From positions 213,797-277,796 of the forward strand of contig CAWFSF010000003.1 in assembly GCA_963818475.1 (NCBI GenBank): a stretch of DNA of 64,000 bases. Reading direction: 5' to 3'. The DNA is from Nitrospirota bacterium. GTDB lineage: Bacteria > Nitrospirota > UBA9217. This document shows positions 41,086 through 51,922 of this stretch, piece after piece (within the stretch, counting starts at the first letter, position 1; each line of letters starts with the position of its first letter). The notes under the pieces were generated by a model. It had not been told where the DNA came from. It saw nothing but the letters and a program-made list of their open reading frames with translations, and made no database searches. The position numbers and the translations under genes are program-made.

Positions 41086-41847
41086 TCATTTGAAATATTT
41101 TTTTGCTGCTGCGGATTTCAGGAAGCTGATGATCGCCAGGAGCTCTTTGGACGGTTCACCTTTGGTGACGATGCTGAGTTGACGGGTGATCGGCTTGGTC
41201 TTGACGACCTTCACCTTGCCCGGGTTCATTTTAACGAACCCTTCCGACAGGACGCCTATGGCGATTGGCGACTGCGAGACGAGGTCGATCTCTTCCCGCG
41301 TGGTCACGGCCGTGAAGACGCTTCCGGCAAAAGCTGCGCGGTTCATCACTGTATCCTGCAGGAATTTCCGCGTGCCCGAACTTTTGGGCGGAACAACGAC
41401 CACGATCCGCTCGTCCGGCCCGCCCACTGTTTTCCAGTTGGCGATCTTGCCGCTGTTGATGTCCGCAAGCTGCTCCCACGTCAGGGTTTTCACGGGATTC
41501 TTCGGGTGGACGATAGGGACCATGACGTCTTTGAAAATAACGTGCTCCTGGTAGGTCCCTTCCTCGGGCACGCCTGTTTCCCGGAAGGCACTATCCAGCG
41601 GGACGGAGATCATTGCCGCCGCAGCCTCGCCCGTGATGAGCTCCTTCAGCCCCTTGATCGTTCCCACGCACCTCATCTCGAGCTTCGTTCCGGTCTTTTT
41701 CTCGAGGGCGGCCTGCGCCGGCTCCAGAATACGCTTCTGAAAGGTTGTCGAACCCGAGATGACGAGCGGGGCTGCTGCGGCCCGGACGGAACCGCCCATC
41801 ACGAACAACAGCGTTATCAAGGCAATGCAATTCAGTTTTTTCATCAC
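41086..41847 (-). CDS. PstS-like periplasmic phosphate-binding-family protein
   Basis: Signal peptide; ISGSTT, IVHPKNPV, GKIANWKTVGG and SSGTR. Confidence 0.85.
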   Translation of the reverse strand: MMKKLNCIALITLLFVMGGSVRAAAAPLVISGSTTFQKRILEPAQAALEKKTGTKLEMRCVGTIKGLKELITGEAAAAMISVPLDSAFRETGVPEEGTYQEHVIFKDVMVPIVHPKNPVKTLTWEQLADINSGKIANWKTVGGPDERIVVVVPPKSSGTRKFLQDTVMNRAAFAGSVFTAVTTREEIDLVSQSPIAIGVLSEGFVKMNPGKVKVVKTKPITRQLSIVTKGEPSKELLAIISFLKSAAAKKYFK

Positions 41848-41903
41848 GAACCCTTGTCCGGGCGGGCTTGCCGCGATTCTCTTGTACCAGGTTAGACGAG
41901 CTC

Positions 41904-42785
41904 CTACCTGGCTAAAGCCTTTTTGAGGCTTTCGATCATGTCGCTCGTGGTCTCGTCGATCAACGAGGAAAATTCCTGCACGATCTTGTTCTTGGGATCG
42001 CCCAGATCGATATGGTCCTGCCTTACCGCGTCTTGCCCCGAGCCCAGGTAAAGGGGGAGCAGATCCCTTGATCTGGCGCCCTTAGCCAGCGACGGCCATC
42101 CCATGTCCGCGATGATCCGGCCCGTCTTGTCCACGATAACCATGGTCTGCGCCGCGTGAATGGCGCCGTCCGTCCGGTTGCCGCTCACAATGAAGGTCTT
42201 GGGCCTTGGATGCGTGATGCTCGCCGGAACGTGAACGAAGGCTACCGCGTCGACGTTCAGCGCGCTGCACAGCCTGGCCGCATGTTTTTGCATGACCAAC
42301 GGGACCATCGCGAGAGCGGAGTTCTCGCCCTTCTCCGGCACCAATGCGGAACGAGGAACGATCGGAAGGCCTTTCGCGCCGATGAAGGACCGTTTCCACT
42401 GCGGCAGTTCCCGCTCGATCATCTCCCGTGCCGTCTTTCGCTCTTCGCCCGATGGGAAAAGGGCCGCGATCTCTTCGTCGGAAACCCTGCCGAAGGACAT
42501 GACTGCAGACCCGCCTTTGTAGTCTGCCGTATCAACGACCGTCCAGCTGCGGACAGTCTTCAGGTCCGCCTGCACCCGTACCAGCGCCCGCTCCACGACC
42601 GTCTGGAGCGCGGCCCTGTTGCTCTCCCTGGCGGTGTCCGCGATGCGGGGCATGACAACGCTGACAATGGCGATCCTGTTGGTTTCGGCAATGCTTTCCT
42701 TCTGCACCACCGCCCCGGCCATGCAGCCGGTGAGCGCGGCGGAGACTGCAGCTGCAGCCAGAAGTGCATTGATGATCCTCTTCAT
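41904..42785 (-). CDS. Hypothetical lipoprotein
   Basis: Lipobox LTGC; RBS ggagagg; intact 293-aa ORF. Confidence 0.75.
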   Translation of the reverse strand: MKRIINALLAAAAVSAALTGCMAGAVVQKESIAETNRIAIVSVVMPRIADTARESNRAALQTVVERALVRVQADLKTVRSWTVVDTADYKGGSAVMSFGRVSDEEIAALFPSGEERKTAREMIERELPQWKRSFIGAKGLPIVPRSALVPEKGENSALAMVPLVMQKHAARLCSALNVDAVAFVHVPASITHPRPKTFIVSGNRTDGAIHAAQTMVIVDKTGRIIADMGWPSLAKGARSRDLLPLYLGSGQDAVRQDHIDLGDPKNKIVQEFSSLIDETTSDMIESLKKALAR

Positions 42786-43349
42786 TGCAAAGCCCCCTCT
42801 CCTCCAGAAAGCGAAAAGCCCGTGGAAGGTCTTTAACTAATTAAACTAGTATTAACAATTAAAATTGTATCACGGCATCCATGACATTGCAAGCCCTTTT
42901 TTCAGATCCGTGCCGGGACCGGGAGCTCAGGATCTTTAAGCGTTATTATGGGATGTCGAGTTTTTTTGACTCTGTATGGTATGCCAGGAAAGGTGGTACT
43001 TGAGGGAATTTATCGTATCACTCGCTAATGCTTACTCCAGAATTCAATGCGAAGCGGACGGGCCGGACTGAGCAGAGAAAATGTGAAAGGTCAAAAAATA
43101 AAAGACCTGTATAACGATATAAAGGGCATCTCCAGAGTAGCTTGAAGCCATAGCTGCTGTCCCGGTTTTTTCACGGGCGATCAGCGTGCTGAGTGCAAGA
43201 AGCTGGGGAAAAGGTTTGTACAGCGGGTCTTCGTCCCCTTTGTCAATGTGACCATTCAATACGTCTGACCATTACCCCTACTTAAGTATAATTGACAGCA
43301 TGCGGAGGGAAAGCTAACCTTATAAAAAGATTAGATTTAGCCAAAAAAA

Positions 43350-43527
43350 CACTGCAGCTGCCTGTCGCCGTTGAAGGTGCCGAGGTCTATCGGCGCAGCC
43401 AGAAGGCCCGGAAGCGCCGAAGACGAAGGTTGCCTACTGGCGGACCGTCGCGCTGCACGGAACGCCGTGGCGTCTCGTGATCACCTGCGCGAAGGAAAGC
43501 ATCTATCGACAGCCCGGATTGCACTGA
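43350..43527 (+). pseudogene. C-terminal remnant resembling a Cache sensor domain
   Basis: Translates as KVAYWRTVALHGTPWRLVI with no matching 5' part. Confidence 0.35.
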
Positions 43528-43667
43528 GCTGATGATTGGTACTATTCCCAGGTAGATGCCGGCAGGTGTATTGCGTGCTTTTGCTGTCAGGGAATGTGTC
43601 CTTGGGAAATACGATGGGCTCTGCTACTAAACGTTGCTAAAGGTGCATAAATAAAAGGAGAATCATT

Positions 43668-46166
43668 ATGTCCATGCATTCAATAGAGTTTCAGTTCATC
43701 ACCGGCCTGAAACGGAAAATTTTTCGCAACGCCCGCCTATATGGGAGTTGGGACATCAATGGCCGGTATTCCGATACCTGGACGGAATCCACAATGATGG
43801 AGCACATCGGGACAGATGGATGTCCTATCTTCAAGGCATCAGTCTCGCTTGATCTTGCCGATCAGGACAAGATATTTAAATGGGGTGTGATACTCGATGG
43901 GCCGCAGGGAGCTAACTTCTGGGGGATTCCTACCGAAGTACATGACCACAAATCCACTGATCGATATCGTCAGTTCCAGCTCGCCGGCGGCGGGGTGTCC
44001 CAAGTCGAACGTTACTACTTCACTTACGGTCGTCGCTTGGGAGCCAATAAACATTTTGCTGCCGGAAGGGGCGCGCCTGGCCTGCGTTTTGCTGTTTGGG
44101 CGCCAAATGCCCAAAAAGTAGAAGCCGTCTTCGGAAACCCGACTAGTGGTTACATTGTCGATGACGGAAAAGGGATTGACCCAAAGCAGCCGGTGGTTCC
44201 CCTGGTACGCGGGGCTGATGGCATCTGGGAAGGCGGGCCTGCTGGGCATTTTGAGTCTTTTAAAAGCCTACCCTATATGTATCGCATCGTTAATGCTCAA
44301 GACAAAACCGTGTATCGCACCGATGTTTTTTCCCGCAGCCAAATTGGAAAGGGCGGCATTGATCCCCTTATAGCTGCTTGGCCGGGAACGGTGGACACCC
44401 TGGACGGTAGTGTGAGTTGCAGCGTGGTCATTGATCCCGATGTGGTGCGTCGGGATTTCCGATCCACTCCCCCCGGGAAAAAGCCCGATCTCATCCCTGC
44501 TGAGGAATTCTGGGCCTCGGAATTCACGTTTGGGTTGCCGGTTCCCACTCGCCTTGAAGATATGGTCATTTACGAATTGCATGTAGGTTCGCTGGGATTT
44601 GGAAAACGCGGACCGGACGGTGAGCTCAGCCCGGGCGATTTGAGTGACGCAATAGCCTTCCTGGATCACTTGATTACTCTCGGCGTGAACGCTGTCGAAT
44701 TGCTACCCATGGCGGAGTTTTCTGGCGATAAAGCATGGGGGTATGGCGATACTCACCATTTATGCATAGAAACCAGCGCCGGGGGGCGCGACAAATACCG
44801 CCATTTCGTGAGAGAGTGCCATCGACGCGGAATTGCACTGATTCAGGACGTCGTCTACAACCATTATGACGCTAAAGCAGATCGCGCCGAATGGCAATTC
44901 GACTCAACCGCTCATGAGCAGAATATCTATTACTGGTATGAGGGTCTGCCAGACGACTATCCAGACTATGAACGCGCTGCAAATGATCCTTCAAAGCCAC
45001 CCAATCAGCGTCCAGCTTCACGACACGGCGGCTATCTTGATAACGGCTCCACGGGCTACACTCCACGATTCTGCGAAGAAGTCGTGCGCCAGCAGTTCAT
45101 CAGCAGCGCCGCCTTTCTCATTGAAGAAATGCATGTAGATGGGCTGCGCGTTGACCTGACCCAGGCGATCCACCGCGACAACATACTCCATGCCAATGGC
45201 AGTTCCGTTGGTAATGCAAATATCTTCGGGCAGAAGTTCCTGCGGGAATGGAGCCGAACGCTGCACATGATTCATCCGACCGTCATGCTGATCGCGGAGG
45301 ATCACACCGGATGGGATTCTGTGACCAAACTGGCGGCTAAAGGTGGGCTGGGGTTTGAGGCGAGGTGGGCTGCGGAGTTCTATCACAATTTGATCGGCGA
45401 CTCTCCAGCTGCAGATGGTAAAGCGCGACTTTTGAAACAGGCCGGATACGGCGGGAGCGATCCGCTGGAAATGGACTGGTTTGCCGGCGCCCTTTATGGC
45501 AGCCGCTACAATCAAGTCGTCTATCACGAATCGCACGATGAAGCCGGTAATGATCATGATGACAACAAAAACATATGGACGCAGCGAACAATTGAAACTG
45601 CTGTCGCTGGCGTTTTAAATGATGCTACGCGTCCCTGGGCGGAGGCGCGCTCTCGGGTAGGCTTCGGCCTATCATTGCTCTCGGCAGGCACACCCATGTT
45701 CTTTATGGGCGAGGAGGTCGGGGCGCATAAGCCATTTATGTACGATAAATTTCTGGAGGAACGCGAAGATATTCTCGGTGAGCGGCATAACAGCGGCAAG
45801 ACGCTCTTTCGCTTTTATCAGGACCTCATCACCCTCAGACACAGACTACGCTCGGTCCGCAGCCACAACATTGATATCCTCCACGAGTCGAACTCCAATC
45901 GCGTCATTGCCTTCAAGAGGTGGAGTGGGGACGATGAGGTCATTATCGCCGCAAGTCTTAATAACGCTCCGTTTGCCGGCGGCTATGCAATCGAGAAGGA
46001 TCTGCTGGCCATTCCCGACGGCGAATGGAAGGAGATTTTCAACAGCGACTCCGCCATCTATGGGGGCCAGAACATGGGGAATGGAGGGGCCGCAATTCAT
46101 TCATCCCAAGGCCGTCTCACGGCGAAAATCCCCGCCAACGGCTTTGTGGTGCTGGCCAGACAATGA
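43668..46166 (+). CDS. GH13 alpha-glucan branching enzyme / trehalohydrolase-like protein
   Basis: FAVWAPNA, IYELHVG, WGY, DVVYNH, DGLRVD, IAED, ESHDE and EIFNSD. Confidence 0.9.
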   Translation: MSMHSIEFQFITGLKRKIFRNARLYGSWDINGRYSDTWTESTMMEHIGTDGCPIFKASVSLDLADQDKIFKWGVILDGPQGANFWGIPTEVHDHKSTDRYRQFQLAGGGVSQVERYYFTYGRRLGANKHFAAGRGAPGLRFAVWAPNAQKVEAVFGNPTSGYIVDDGKGIDPKQPVVPLVRGADGIWEGGPAGHFESFKSLPYMYRIVNAQDKTVYRTDVFSRSQIGKGGIDPLIAAWPGTVDTLDGSVSCSVVIDPDVVRRDFRSTPPGKKPDLIPAEEFWASEFTFGLPVPTRLEDMVIYELHVGSLGFGKRGPDGELSPGDLSDAIAFLDHLITLGVNAVELLPMAEFSGDKAWGYGDTHHLCIETSAGGRDKYRHFVRECHRRGIALIQDVVYNHYDAKADRAEWQFDSTAHEQNIYYWYEGLPDDYPDYERAANDPSKPPNQRPASRHGGYLDNGSTGYTPRFCEEVVRQQFISSAAFLIEEMHVDGLRVDLTQAIHRDNILHANGSSVGNANIFGQKFLREWSRTLHMIHPTVMLIAEDHTGWDSVTKLAAKGGLGFEARWAAEFYHNLIGDSPAADGKARLLKQAGYGGSDPLEMDWFAGALYGSRYNQVVYHESHDEAGNDHDDNKNIWTQRTIETAVAGVLNDATRPWAEARSRVGFGLSLLSAGTPMFFMGEEVGAHKPFMYDKFLEEREDILGERHNSGKTLFRFYQDLITLRHRLRSVRSHNIDILHESNSNRVIAFKRWSGDDEVIIAASLNNAPFAGGYAIEKDLLAIPDGEWKEIFNSDSAIYGGQNMGNGGAAIHSSQGRLTAKIPANGFVVLARQ

Positions 46167-46378
46167 TGACGGGATGCAAAAATAGAGCCCATATTATTGG
46201 CTTTTAAAATCCCATATTTTAGTGGGAAGGGATGCAGGTGGTGGCAAATTCCGACCTGACAGCTCCCGCGTTACTCGTCGCGTTTGGAATTTTGACAGAT
46301 TTGGACCAACCCGGCTTGCGGCAAACCTGCCGACGCCGTGGATGAGCGGTGGCAATGGATCCGAAAGGAGGGAGACAC

Positions 46379-47912
46379 ATGGAAAAGAGAATGATAATCA
46401 TCGGTGCGGGCATTGCCGGGCTTTCGGCAGGCTGTTATGCCCGGATGAACGGCTACAAGACGACTATCTTCGAGATGCATACGATTCCCGGGGGGTTATG
46501 CACTGCCTGGACGCGAAAGGGATACACCTTCGATATCAGCATGCACATGCTCGTCGGCAGCAGGTCCGGGCCGTTTAACCGGATGTGGCAGGAGCTCGGC
46601 GTACTTACCGGCCGCGAGTTCTTCTACCATGACGAGGTCGCCCGCATCGAGAGTGGCGGAAAGAGCCTCACCATTTGCGCCGATCCCGGGCGGCTGGAGG
46701 AACAGATGCTGGCCCTGTCACCGGCTGACGCCCACCTGATAAAAGAGTTCATCCGGTTGCTCTCAGGAAAGAGCATTATGAACGGCGCATCCCTGAAACC
46801 GGCGGAAATGTTCAGCCTCATGGACAGCATCAAAACAGCGGCTGCCTTTCTTCCGCTCATGGGCGTCTTCAGGAGATACGGGCAGACGACGATCCAGGAG
46901 TTTGCGCAGCGCTTCCAGGACCCATTTCTGCGAAGCGCCGTCAGGTTCTTCATCGACGCGCCCGGGTGGCCGATGCTTCGCTACCCCATGGTTGCCATGG
47001 CAGGCTTCATGAAAGGCCTTTACGAGGCCGGCGTGCCCAGAGGAGGATCGCAGAAGGTCGTCTTCAAGATCGCCGAACTCTACAAGCAGCTCGGAGGCGA
47101 GATTCGCTATGCGAGCCGGGCCACGGATGTGATCATACGAAATGGCCGGGCAGCCGGCGTCCGGCTCGAAGACGGCAGGGAACAACCCGCGGATATCGTT
47201 GTGTGGGCGGGCGACGGCCACAAGCTTATCTTCGACATTCTCGGCGGGCGCTACCTTAATGAGGAGATCAAACACATGTACCGTGATTGGACCCCGGTGC
47301 TTCCGATGGTGCACGTGGCCATCGGCGTTAACCGCGATATGTCGAAAGAGCCCCATCGCATTATCTTCGAACTCGATAAGCCCATCACGATCGCGGGCGA
47401 GGAGCATAAGTGGATGTGCTTTCTCCATCACTGCTTCGATCCGACCATGGCCCCTCCGGGAAAGGCGGCGATCGAGGTATGGTACGCGACGCGCTATGAT
47501 TACTGGGAAACGCTCGCGCGGGACCATGCGGCCTACGAAGCGGAAAAGAAGCGGATCGCCGAGGCGACCATTGCCGAGCTGGATCAGGCGCTGGCCCGGG
47601 TTCGCGTCCCGGGTCGAGGTCGTGGATGTTCCGACGCCCGCCACCTATGTCCGCTACACCGGCAACTGGCAGGGCTCGCCGGATGGCTGGTATATCACGC
47701 CGGACAACATGAGGAAACGGAGCATGCTCCGGACGCTGCCCGGCCTGCCAGATCTGTACATGGTGGGGCAGTGGACCGCGCCGTTCACCGGCACGGTCAT
47801 TGCGGCGATGTCCGGCCGCCAGCTCATCCAGCTGTTGTGCAGGCAGAACAGGACCCCGTTTATGACAGCTCCGGAGGAGAGCGTGGCCGGCGAATTGCGC
47901 GCTGCCGCATAA
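46379..47912 (+). CDS. FAD-dependent oxidoreductase, phytoene-desaturase-like, frameshifted near 47586
   Basis: IIGAGIAGL and PGGLCTAW.RKGY.FD; second frame has TPATYVRYTGNWQGS and LYMVGQW. Confidence 0.85.
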
Positions 47913-48026
47913 CTGAAAGCGTTAGTCGGTAGATCGGGTAGAACGAAGTGAAACCCGGCGACATCTAACAATCGGCTCGAGCGGGTCGCAAAAGCACTGG
48001 TCTTACCCTCGCAGGAGATTCGAAGA

Positions 48027-48904
48027 ATGGAAAAAGCCCTTCGATTCATCATCGTACCGAAAGTCGCCCATCCCTGGTTCGAGGAGGTCAACAAGGGTGC
48101 GCAAGCCCAGGCCGCGATCCTGAGCCGTGAACTCGGTGTCCCGATAGAGATCGACTACAGGCCGCCCTCCATTGCCGGCGTCGCTGAACAGAACGCGGTC
48201 CTGGAAGAGGCAGCCAGGGGCCGTCCGAACGGCATCGCCGTGGATCCGGTTGATGCCGTCGATCATCTGAAAGCGATCGAGCGCATCAGGAAACAGGGCA
48301 TTCCGCTCGTGCTGTTCGACTCGCCGTCGCTTCATGCCGGCATTACGGGCATCGGGAACGATTTTGCCCAGACAGGGCGTTATTGCGGCCGAACGTCTCG
48401 TTGCGCTGATCGGGTACGCCGGCAAGGTGGCGGTGATGCAGGGCTATCCCACGGCGCCGAACCATAAAGAACGATACGAAGCCCAGATGGCTGTATTGGG
48501 GAAGTGTCCCCGTATAAGTATTGTAGACGGTGGCATTGACAATGACGACATTGAGACTGCCCGCCGAGCAGGCTTCGGCTGTTCTCGAATCGCATCCCGA
48601 TCTCAGCGGTTACCTGTGCTGCGATGCTGCCGGTCCGATCGGCATCGCGGCCGCCGTCAAACAGGCAGGGAAAGCCGGCAAAGTAAAAGTAGTCGGCATG
48701 GACGGGATCAGGCCCATACTCGATGCCATTAAAGAAGGCGTGATCGACTCCTCCTCGGCGACCATTCCGAAGATGCAAGGCTCGATGTCGGTCCTGCTGT
48801 TATGGCAGGCATCGCTGGGCGTTCAGCTTCCTCAGAGCATTGATACAGGCATTGACGTGATCACGCAGGAGAACGTGGATAGCTATCTGGCTGATGCAGT
48901 CTGA
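48027..48904 (+). CDS. Sugar-binding protein (RbsB/LacI-type fold) with two frameshifts and no signal peptide
   Basis: HPWFEEVNKGA, GIAVDP, GIPLVLFDS, ERYE and VVGMD across three frames. Confidence 0.8.
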
Positions 48905-48927
48905 AGATCCGATAACGCGGAGCAGCT

Positions 48928-49365
48928 ATGGATCGGTTTCTGCAAGCTGCGCTGGACGAAGCGCGGAAGGGCAAGGAGGAAGGCGGCATACCCATCGGGT
49001 CTGTTCTTGTTCATCGGGGCGAGATCATTGGCCGGGGCCGCAACAGGAGGGTTCAAAGGGGCAGTCCTGTTCTTCATGCGGAGATGGATGCCCTCAATAA
49101 CGCGGGCAGGCTCCCGGCGAAGGTATATCGGGAAAGCTCGCTCTATACGACCCTCTCGCCCTGTGCCATGTGCAGCGGCGCACTTGTGCTCTACGGCATA
49201 CCACGCGTCGTCGTGGGGGAAAATCGCTCCTTTGTCGGGGAGGAGGAATGGCTCAGGAGCCGCAGCGTTGCGGTCGAGGTCATACAGGATGAAGAGTGTG
49301 TGGCAATGATAAAAGAGTTTGTGCAGGAGCATCCGGAGCTCTGGAACGAAGACATCGGCGAATAG
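48928..49365 (+). CDS. Zinc-dependent nucleoside/cytosine deaminase (yeast Fcy1-like)
   Basis: EGGIPIG, HAE, PCAMC and WNEDIGE. Confidence 0.9.
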   Translation: MDRFLQAALDEARKGKEEGGIPIGSVLVHRGEIIGRGRNRRVQRGSPVLHAEMDALNNAGRLPAKVYRESSLYTTLSPCAMCSGALVLYGIPRVVVGENRSFVGEEEWLRSRSVAVEVIQDEECVAMIKEFVQEHPELWNEDIGE

Positions 49366-49437
49366 ATTGCACGCGCCTGACGCTCGATTCCAGCACGCTC
49401 CTGGGTGTCTTCACCCGGATATGAAGGGAGCCGAAAG

Positions 49438-50547
49438 ATGACAACACGAAAAAACATGCCGTCCGTGGGTGACGCAGCCGGAATCGATAAGACAGGCAGG
49501 TTTTATAAAGAAGAAGTCCAGCTCGCCCTTCGCAATCGCGGGATGCCGCTTGAAGCGCTTCGCTGCCCCATAACGCCTGCCGGCCTTCACTATCTTCTTG
49601 TTCATTTCGATATTCCCGGTGCAAACGACGAAGACTGGCGGCTGGAGGTCAAGGGCCTCGTTTCAAAACCGCTCAGCCTCAATCTCGATGAGATCAGAAG
49701 CCGCCCTGCCCGGACCATTGCGATCACGATGGAGTGCGCCGGCAACGGCCGGGCTCTTTTTGACCCGCGCCCGATAAGCCAGCCCTGGCTTCTCGAAGCT
49801 ATCGGGACGTTCGAGTGGACAGGAACGCCGCTGCGCGCGATGCTCGAAGAATCAGGATTAAGCGATAGGGCTGTCGAGATCGTTTTCACCGGCATCGATC
49901 AGGGAGTGCAGGGCGGCGAGGCTCAGTACTATCAGCGCAGCATGAGCGTAAGCGAAGCGATGCGGGACGAGATGCTGCTCGCGTACGAGATGAACGGCCG
50001 GCCTCTTCAACCCCAGCATGGATATCCCCTTCGCCTGGTGGCGCCCGGGTGGTACGGCATGGCGAGCGTCAAGTGGCTGACCCGGATCGAGGCCGCAGCA
50101 GAACCGTTTCACGGATATCAGATGGACCATTCGTACCGCTATGCCGGGTCGGTGAACGAGCGCGGCGAGGAAGTCAGGTTGATCAGGGTCCGGGCACTGA
50201 TGGTCCCCCCCGGGATCCCGGACTTTCTGACACGCACGAGGCTGGTCCAGGCAGGACCGGTAACGCTCATTGGAAGGGCGTGGGCCGGCCGCAAAAGCGT
50301 GTCGCGGGTCGAGGTCAGCGCCGACAACGGCGCCACGTGGTCCGATGCCGCACTCGGAGAGCACCTTTCTCCCTACGCCTGGAGGAGCTGGACCTTCTTG
50401 TGGAACGCCGCGCCGGGCGCGTACACGCTTTGCGTGCGGGCAACGGATTCCGAGGGCAATGTTCAGCCGATGCAACAGGAGTGGAACTTCGGAGGATTCG
50501 GCAATAACAGCGTCCAGCGCGTACCGGTCATCGTAGAGAGAGACTGA
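49438..50547 (+). CDS. Sulfite-oxidase-family molybdoenzyme
   Basis: ECAGNGR, LAYEMNG, HGYPLRLVAPGWYG..SVKWL and a C-terminal dimerisation domain. Confidence 0.9.
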   Translation: MTTRKNMPSVGDAAGIDKTGRFYKEEVQLALRNRGMPLEALRCPITPAGLHYLLVHFDIPGANDEDWRLEVKGLVSKPLSLNLDEIRSRPARTIAITMECAGNGRALFDPRPISQPWLLEAIGTFEWTGTPLRAMLEESGLSDRAVEIVFTGIDQGVQGGEAQYYQRSMSVSEAMRDEMLLAYEMNGRPLQPQHGYPLRLVAPGWYGMASVKWLTRIEAAAEPFHGYQMDHSYRYAGSVNERGEEVRLIRVRALMVPPGIPDFLTRTRLVQAGPVTLIGRAWAGRKSVSRVEVSADNGATWSDAALGEHLSPYAWRSWTFLWNAAPGAYTLCVRATDSEGNVQPMQQEWNFGGFGNNSVQRVPVIVERD

Positions 50548-50587
50548 AGGTCATTGCCGGTATCTTCCTTGCGATACTCAAACTTTA

Positions 50588-50834
50588 ACCACAGAGCGCA
50601 CGCAGAACATCTTGAACTTAAAGAGTAAAAGCATCTTCTGCCTTCCTCCCAAAGAGCAGTTCAGCCACAAAAGACACATAAAGCACATAAAAAGGAAGCA
50701 ATAATTTGATAAAGCGCTTCACCAAGAAGGTGACTATGCTTTTTGCGTGAGGCACGAAGATCACGAAAAAGTTGAAAAAGGCAATATCAAAATATTGATT
50801 TTAACTTCGCGCGCTTCGTGTTCTTCGTGGTAAA
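50588..50834. repeat. Cluster of degenerate 9-bp periodic hairpin elements
   Basis: gccacaaaagacacataaagcacataaa; cacgaagatcacgaa ... ttcgcgcgcttcgtgttcttcgtggt. Confidence 0.65.
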
Positions 50835-50887
50835 CTTTCCTGCCATTTTGAGAAGAATTTTATTCTTTAGTTACTCACATGGCAGGT

Positions 50888-51196
50888 TTAAAGGACCGGC
50901 CCCGACGGCTCTTCGCAGTCCGCGCGCCACAGGCAATTCATCTGACCGCAGGTTTTAACGGCCGAGGTGGCAAAACAAGCATTGTTTCCTTCTGCTCTTT
51001 GAATCGCCCGGATAAGGTCTGTTTGATTCGCGTTCCTTCTGTCGATCCCCATTTTTCTTGCGATCTTTCTGACATCCTGAAGTTTTTTAATCTTTGCGGC
51101 GAGCGCTTCCCGCTTTTTTGCGTATTTTTCGATTTCTACAACCTTTGCAGGTTTACTGGTTTTCTTTTTTGCATCGTCCATGCTTTTGATCTTCAT
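50888..51196 (-). CDS. Small basic SAP/Rho-N-like protein with Cys cluster
   Basis: DLIRAIQRAEGN..CF......C.Q..CLWR.DC. Confidence 0.75.
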   Translation of the reverse strand: MKIKSMDDAKKKTSKPAKVVEIEKYAKKREALAAKIKKLQDVRKIARKMGIDRRNANQTDLIRAIQRAEGNNACFATSAVKTCGQMNCLWRADCEEPSGPVL

Positions 51197-51310
51197 TTCT
51201 AAGATCCCCCTCTGCCCATTAAATACCCCGAGGAATTTACCATTGGAAATAAATATACCATACCAACGGACTCCATCGCCGGAAGGTAAGTGATAAAGAC
51301 AGGGTCGGTT

Positions 51311-51616
51311 TTATTCCAGGTGTGCTTTTGCCGTTTTGAGCGCAATCTCTTTATCCCTGGTAAACAGCCTCCACTTCATGTTTGATGAATGGATGCCTGC
51401 TTTCTTGTCCTGCCCTCTGCTGTAATACCAGTGTCCAAAGCGCTCGACCGTGGAAAAGGGATGATTGCCGGTACAAAGAAGCCCGCAAGGCTTGATCTCT
51501 TTGAAAAAAATGGTTTCCTCCGGGACTTCATCATAAGACAGATCTGCAGGCAGTTCGATCTGAGATACATCCACGTTCTCTGCTTCCTTTTTATCCAGCC
51601 AGTCTGAAATGTTCAT
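51311..51616 (-). CDS. Hypothetical protein
   Basis: RBS ggag before MNISDWLDKKE; protein-like ORF. Confidence 0.65.
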   Translation of the reverse strand: MNISDWLDKKEAENVDVSQIELPADLSYDEVPEETIFFKEIKPCGLLCTGNHPFSTVERFGHWYYSRGQDKKAGIHSSNMKWRLFTRDKEIALKTAKAHLE

Positions 51617-51922
51617 CTTTTTTATCTCCCTTAAGCAATACCGATGCATCCCTCGAAAACCTTTTGCCCTGTTCTTTCATCTTAACAGAAAAACGCCGCG
51701 GGAATCCAGACCTCCTTTTTTGTTTGATTTTCAATTCACGCGGGCGCGCTGCAATACAGCTTTCGTCGTAGATATGTTCGGGGCATCCATTCCTGTCCCC
51801 TTTTTTGACTACAGTGCTATACTTGAAATAAAAAAAGACTATATACTAAAAGACTACATAAACACGGAAGCAGGGCTCTCAACCCTATTGAGAAAAATGA
51901 CAGAAAGAAAGGAGTGATAATC

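Noticed and set aside
46240-46370. c-di-GMP-I riboswitch-like ggcaaac motif
   Set aside because: The GAAA tetraloop stem and the downstream P3/receptor pattern are missing.
47905-47985. Integron attC-like boxes (gttagtc at 47921, atctaac at 47963)
   Set aside because: The boxes are in the wrong order for one attC, there is no complete hairpin and no integron integrase; at most a degenerate remnant.
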